Below, piece after piece: positions 60,070 through 64,000 of a DNA stretch of 64,000 bases. The stretch lies in IMG/VR virus record IMGVR_UViG_3300021467_000006, positions 32,321-96,320 of that record; one strand, 5' to 3'. The first letter of the stretch is position 1. The number at the start of each line of letters is the position of its first letter. The notes below the pieces were generated by a model. It saw nothing but the letters and a program-made list of their open reading frames with translations. It made no database searches and was not told the origin of the DNA. The translations under genes and the position numbers were made by a program. The stretch comes from a virus.

Positions 60070-60900
60070 TTATATAAAAGGTAATGTTTTACACTGAAAA
60101 CCTGCTGCTCCTTTATGCCCTCCACCGCCGTACTTTTTAGCTATTTTTGAAACATCAACATCAGATTTGTCTGAATAGAGAGACACAGTCCATCCTCTTT
60201 CTGGGTCTAACATACAGAAAGTCAACATTGCATCATATTTTGTTGTATCCCAGATAGAATCAAATAATTGCGAATTTGTAAGCCCTTTATTGCAGCAAAT
60301 AAATTTCAATCCTTCCCATTCCAACTCAAAACCCCTTGATTTTATATATCTTTCGTTCATCACTTCTTCATATCTCAGTACTGTTTCGCCTCTTTCTACA
60401 ATCTTTTCAATTATAGAATGATCGAATAGTGATTCCCATAAAGGGATATTATATGGATTTGTATTCTCCAATCTGAGACCATATTGAAAAGGAAGGGTAT
60501 AAGGATTTCCAAACCACCAAACATCATATTCTGCTAATAACTTAATAAAATAAGGAACTGGTTCTGTAGGAAAGAAGTATTCCCAGCATAGTTGACATGC
60601 GCCTATACCATCCCTTATTAATCCATCAATAGTAATCGTGGATTTTGAATATTCATCAATAGCTGATTTATGATGATCTATCCATATAAATTTTTTACAT
60701 CTACTGGCTAACTTTTCCATTTCTGAAAATGGCTGAAGAGAAAAATCAACCATAATAATAGTATTATGTTTTTCAACAATATCCCAAGGGAATTCATCTC
60801 CGTAATCTATTCCATATAAATCACAATTAGGATGTGCTCTTTTAACAACATATCCAGAACATTTTCCATCTAAATCACTACTATGGTAAAAAGTTAACAT
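60070..60900 (-). CDS. DHH/DHHA1 phosphoesterase
   Basis: YHSSDLDG, MVDFS, WIDHH, GGGGHKGAAGF. Confidence 0.92.
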   Translation of the reverse strand: MLTFYHSSDLDGKCSGYVVKRAHPNCDLYGIDYGDEFPWDIVEKHNTIIMVDFSLQPFSEMEKLASRCKKFIWIDHHKSAIDEYSKSTITIDGLIRDGIGACQLCWEYFFPTEPVPYFIKLLAEYDVWWFGNPYTLPFQYGLRLENTNPYNIPLWESLFDHSIIEKIVERGETVLRYEEVMNERYIKSRGFELEWEGLKFICCNKGLTNSQLFDSIWDTTKYDAMLTFCMLDPERGWTVSLYSDKSDVDVSKIAKKYGGGGHKGAAGFQCKTLPFI

Positions 60901-61184
60901 TATTTAAACCTCCATTTCTTATGTTTTTTAGGTTCAAAATATTGACAATTATTATCTTTATTTATTTCTTTTGGGTCTCCATATTCTTCCCAATATGTCC
61001 TATGATTATGCCTTAATTTTATAACTGCTTCACATATTTCAGTTTCATAAACAAGTGCTGAACCAACAAAATCCTGTTTAACACGGAAATGCATACATTC
61101 CTCGCAAAAAATAAGGTCTTTTAGCTCTTCTGGTTTATTTTCATAATTTTTCATAATTTTACCTTTCCTCTTTAAGCTAAACAT
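60900..61184 (-). CDS. Cys-rich small protein, paralog of 59785..60054
   Basis: LIFCEECMHF...ICEA...YGDPKEINKDNNCQYFEPK. Confidence 0.7.
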   Translation of the reverse strand: MFSLKRKGKIMKNYENKPEELKDLIFCEECMHFRVKQDFVGSALVYETEICEAVIKLRHNHRTYWEEYGDPKEINKDNNCQYFEPKKHKKWRFK

Positions 61185-61634
61185 TTTTTAAACTCCTTAA
61201 AATAAATACCATGAATTGGTAGATCTCTAGGCTTATTTTCACATCTTATAATAATATCTTTTGTAATTAGATCTTTGCTGAATTCAAAGCTATCATTATT
61301 TTCAAGAATAGCATCTATTATTAGCTTTATATCGGGATTTATAGCTTTTTCTAATGTTTCACACGTTATTTTAAATATCCCCATTGTTAAATACCTCCTT
61401 TTTTAATACTTCAAAATGCTCAAAGAACATATTACCATGCAGATATTCAGCTCCTATTTTAGCATCCTCACATATTGCCATAAGCTCTGAAGAAGGTAAT
61501 TTCTCGCTTAATAAATGCAATAGAATAACAATATATTCCTCTTTTGCTTTGCTTTCTGGTATGTATGCATCTATAATTGCAAGATTATTGAAATATCTGC
61601 ATTTATCTTGTATATCTTTAAATATATCAGACAC
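61172..61634 (-). CDS. Two small hypothetical genes (61172-61384, 61371-61634)
   Basis: Overlapping co-oriented ORFs with RBSs. Confidence 0.55.
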
Positions 61635-62136
61635 TTACTTTCACCTCTTTTTTGCTTAGATGTTTAACAAGCATATCCCCTATCTGATCTTTAACATCTT
61701 CAGGCAATAATTCCTCACCATCAATCACAGTTTCTGAAGCAGATAACACTGTCTGGGCATCCATTTTCCAGAGCTTCATTCTTAATTCCAACAAATTGCA
61801 GATAACCTTCATAACATCCCCAACAACATGGGGCTTTTTATATTTATGAAGCTCAATTATTTCCTTCCCTATTTTTATTTGCTTCAATATCTCCTCATCT
61901 ATTTCTATCCTTCTTAAATTCTTTGTTTCCTCGTCTATCCCCCCTATTTCGATATTCTTCAAAAACTGAACATCTTTATATACAGTAGCGGTGCTTATAT
62001 TCAGTTTCTCTGCAATCTCCGCTACCTTCAATCCCTTATCCAATAGCATCTTCACCTTGCCCAAACGCACTACTTGGGGCATCGAGACTTTTTGCTTTTT
62101 TTCATTATCATCATATATCTCTACATCATATGCCAT
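61627..62136 (-). CDS. HTH protein, terminase small subunit candidate
   Basis: GLKVAEIAEKLNISTATVYKDV, then helical ...ELRMKLW; first gene of the late-strand block. Confidence 0.55.
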   Translation of the reverse strand: MAYDVEIYDDNEKKQKVSMPQVVRLGKVKMLLDKGLKVAEIAEKLNISTATVYKDVQFLKNIEIGGIDEETKNLRRIEIDEEILKQIKIGKEIIELHKYKKPHVVGDVMKVICNLLELRMKLWKMDAQTVLSASETVIDGEELLPEDVKDQIGDMLVKHLSKKEVKVSV

Positions 62137-62168
62137 AATTTTTCCTCATATATTATATATTTATACTC

Positions 62169-62197
62169 ACGATACTATATATTAATATTTTTGTCAA
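62169..62197 (-). promoter_or_regulatory. Sigma70-type promoter of the - strand block
   Basis: TTGACA-17 bp-TATCGT, preceded by TAG as at 6077 and 7401. Confidence 0.6.
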
Positions 62198-62215
62198 CTC
62201 ATTTTTATTATAGAA

Positions 62216-62244
62216 TTGACCTCTTATAAACCACGCATTATAAT
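62216..62244 (+). promoter_or_regulatory. Divergent sigma70-type promoter
   Basis: TTGACC-17 bp-TATAAT. Confidence 0.75.
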
Positions 62245-62277
62245 ATCATCAAAATATATTCCCAGAGGTATTATTAT

Positions 62278-63774
62278 ATGCCAACAAGCACCGAAGATCC
62301 TTATACAATAGAATTAAGCGCTGATGAGGCACTTCTGATGCACGATGTTATAGAAGGAACTATAACTGCAATAGATAGGGATGCTAAAACTGTAGATGTA
62401 ACCCTCGATGAGCCTTATTATCCACGAAACCAAAATATTCATTATGGAAAGCTGGAAAAATATGATACTTATGAACATTATGAATCAGATCCTATAACTG
62501 AAATTTCCGGCGCAAAAATCATATATAACTGCCAATCTTCAAATTTAGATCCTACTTCCGCTTTCAATGTTAATGATAAGGTACTAATATATGCTGTAAA
62601 TGATGAATATTATTGCGTGGGATTTCCTGATGAAATAAGAAGATGCGGGCAGATACTATATATACAGTTGGATACAAAATGCCTTATCTGGGATATAGAA
62701 GGGGAGCAGCCTGTATCAATAGATGGAGTAACATGGCCTGCAGACATAAATAATCAAGCTGTAAAGGATTATATAAACAATCTCCAACCAGCTCCTGTAG
62801 CCGGAATGATAGAATATACACAATATGCCCCTCCTTGGGATTATGCCACACATAAGGTATATCTTTTCGCTCATGAAGCCTCTGGAGGGGAACCTTGGTA
62901 TATAAAACCTGATACCCCTGAATGCTGGAGCCCTGAAATAGATGGGTTCAGCTTTAGAATAAACTGCAACGAAACATGGAGCGAATCGACCTGCTATGAT
63001 CCAGGCGTTCCATGCCACCATTCTATGACTTCCACAGATTATTTAGCTAGAGAGGTTATACAATACAATTTCTTCAATAAGCACGAGATGCTGATAGATC
63101 TTGCCTATTATATGATGCATTGGAGCAGCACTTATGATGCCGAGGAATATCCCTGCCATACCTGCCAATCCACGGGGAGGGTATCGCTATTTAAAAGAAC
63201 AGGAGCTGGAGATACCTCTCCTGAAGAGTATTCCTCATGGCCTGATGCCGAGGTATCTGCATGTTGCGTGAATATGGTATATGAATCGGATCAATGCACT
63301 TCCCAACCCTGCGAAGACCCTTCCATTTTATATTGCTATGATTCTGAAAAGATACGCTCTATATCCAAATCAGTTGTCAGACCTCTGGATAAGGATTCCA
63401 ACTTCTTTGGTATCTTCTATGAGCCTCCGCAATATTCCTTAACCCACAGCGGATATTGCTCGAATCTTTATTGCTTCATAATAATAGTAGGAAGATTTAT
63501 AACCGGAGATGTTTATGGAGGCATGGGAAATTATATGCATCAATATGGCTATAATGAGTGTATTTATAACGAGGACAATTTCGTCAATAGGGTTCTGGTA
63601 TTAAAAACAGATGCTCCTGAAGAAGGAGATATAACAGATATTGATCCTTATAATTATCAAGAATATTCAACTCTGGTTCCATATATAGAAGATCTGATAG
63701 ACGCAGTAAGGGAAGGGTTATCCCCAACAGATATAACATATCCTCAGCAACTAGCAATAACAATATATACATAA
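62278..63774 (+). CDS. Acidic Cys/Tyr-rich protein with an OB-fold-like N-terminus, possibly virion-associated
   Basis: GTITAID...VDVTLD...IYNC...AFNVNDKVLI...VGF; GAGG RBS. Confidence 0.55.
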   Translation: MPTSTEDPYTIELSADEALLMHDVIEGTITAIDRDAKTVDVTLDEPYYPRNQNIHYGKLEKYDTYEHYESDPITEISGAKIIYNCQSSNLDPTSAFNVNDKVLIYAVNDEYYCVGFPDEIRRCGQILYIQLDTKCLIWDIEGEQPVSIDGVTWPADINNQAVKDYINNLQPAPVAGMIEYTQYAPPWDYATHKVYLFAHEASGGEPWYIKPDTPECWSPEIDGFSFRINCNETWSESTCYDPGVPCHHSMTSTDYLAREVIQYNFFNKHEMLIDLAYYMMHWSSTYDAEEYPCHTCQSTGRVSLFKRTGAGDTSPEEYSSWPDAEVSACCVNMVYESDQCTSQPCEDPSILYCYDSEKIRSISKSVVRPLDKDSNFFGIFYEPPQYSLTHSGYCSNLYCFIIIVGRFITGDVYGGMGNYMHQYGYNECIYNEDNFVNRVLVLKTDAPEEGDITDIDPYNYQEYSTLVPYIEDLIDAVREGLSPTDITYPQQLAITIYT

Positions 63775-63804
63775 CAGAACATTATGTATAAAGTGTTTTA
63801 TAAA

Positions 63805-63987
63805 TCATAATATTTATTATGAAAATTTACCTTAATATCATCTCATAATTTTTCTGAAGAAGAGAAATAAATCCCCCCCCCTAATTATTATAGAGAATAT
63901 AATAATAATTATTATCATACCAGACAAACTAATTGATAAAAAATTATCATAACTAATATTAAAAAATTATCATAATTTTTATTATGA
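63805..63987. repeat. Two more TCATAAT-N4-ATTATGA palindromes in an AT-rich non-coding region
   Basis: At 63805-63822 and 63970-63987. Confidence 0.75.
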
Positions 63988-64000
63988 TTTTTATGTATAC

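Noticed and set aside
1320-63772. Numerous short ORFs antisense to long genes (e.g. 4847-5215, 8740-9060, 27685-28434, 41591-42085, 52639-53181)
   Set aside because: They are shadows of well-supported genes on the opposite strand, with no RBS or motifs.
62278-63774. Diversity-generating retroelement target
   Set aside because: No reverse transcriptase and no template/variable repeat pair seen in the window.
1-64000. Stop-codon reassignment
   Set aside because: Core genes are full length in the standard code, TAG and TGA end genes at tight junctions, and no suppressor tRNA was found.
1-64000. Host assignment and integrase/prophage status
   Set aside because: No integrase, att site or host genes are in the window. 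Sigma70-type promoters and Shine-Dalgarno sites indicate only a bacterial host.

Overview
A 64-kb, AT-rich segment of a large tailed dsDNA phage genome (siphovirus-like: long tape measure, tail tube, no sheath seen). Organisation: (1) a + strand block, 1-17.2 kb, with recombination and nucleotide-metabolism genes (intein-containing RecA/UvsX-like recombinase truncated at the window edge, SbcD/Mre11, SbcC/Rad50, dCMP deaminase, SpeD-like decarboxylase, MazG-like pyrophosphatase) and many small hypothetical genes. (2) A non-coding strand-switch region, 17.2-18.1 kb, with palindromes and a GC-rich structured RNA candidate. (3) A - strand block, 62.1 to 18.1 kb: terminase, portal, scaffold, capsid, neck, tail tube, frameshifted chaperone, tape measure, tail tip, then a GC-richer cassette of five signal-peptide-bearing proteins, accessory genes and lysis genes. 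(4) One divergent + strand gene at 62.3-63.8 kb. The most striking signal is at 7.40-9.43 kb. A sigma70-type promoter is followed by a cluster of small structured RNA candidates: an end-paired ~95-nt element, four covarying stem-(A/G)CAGCAA-cargo-stem-GT units whose cargo resembles isolated tRNA arms, and a shrunken tRNA-Gly-like gene. These lead into a DUF2828/vWA (Ro60/TROVE-like) protein gene and a terminator. A second shrunken tRNA-Gly-like gene at 22.96-23.03 kb lies next to an ADP-ribosyltransferase-fold gene that is preceded by a duplicated 5' half of the same RNA. All protein calls come from motif recognition by eye, not database searches, and all RNA structures are hand-folded.
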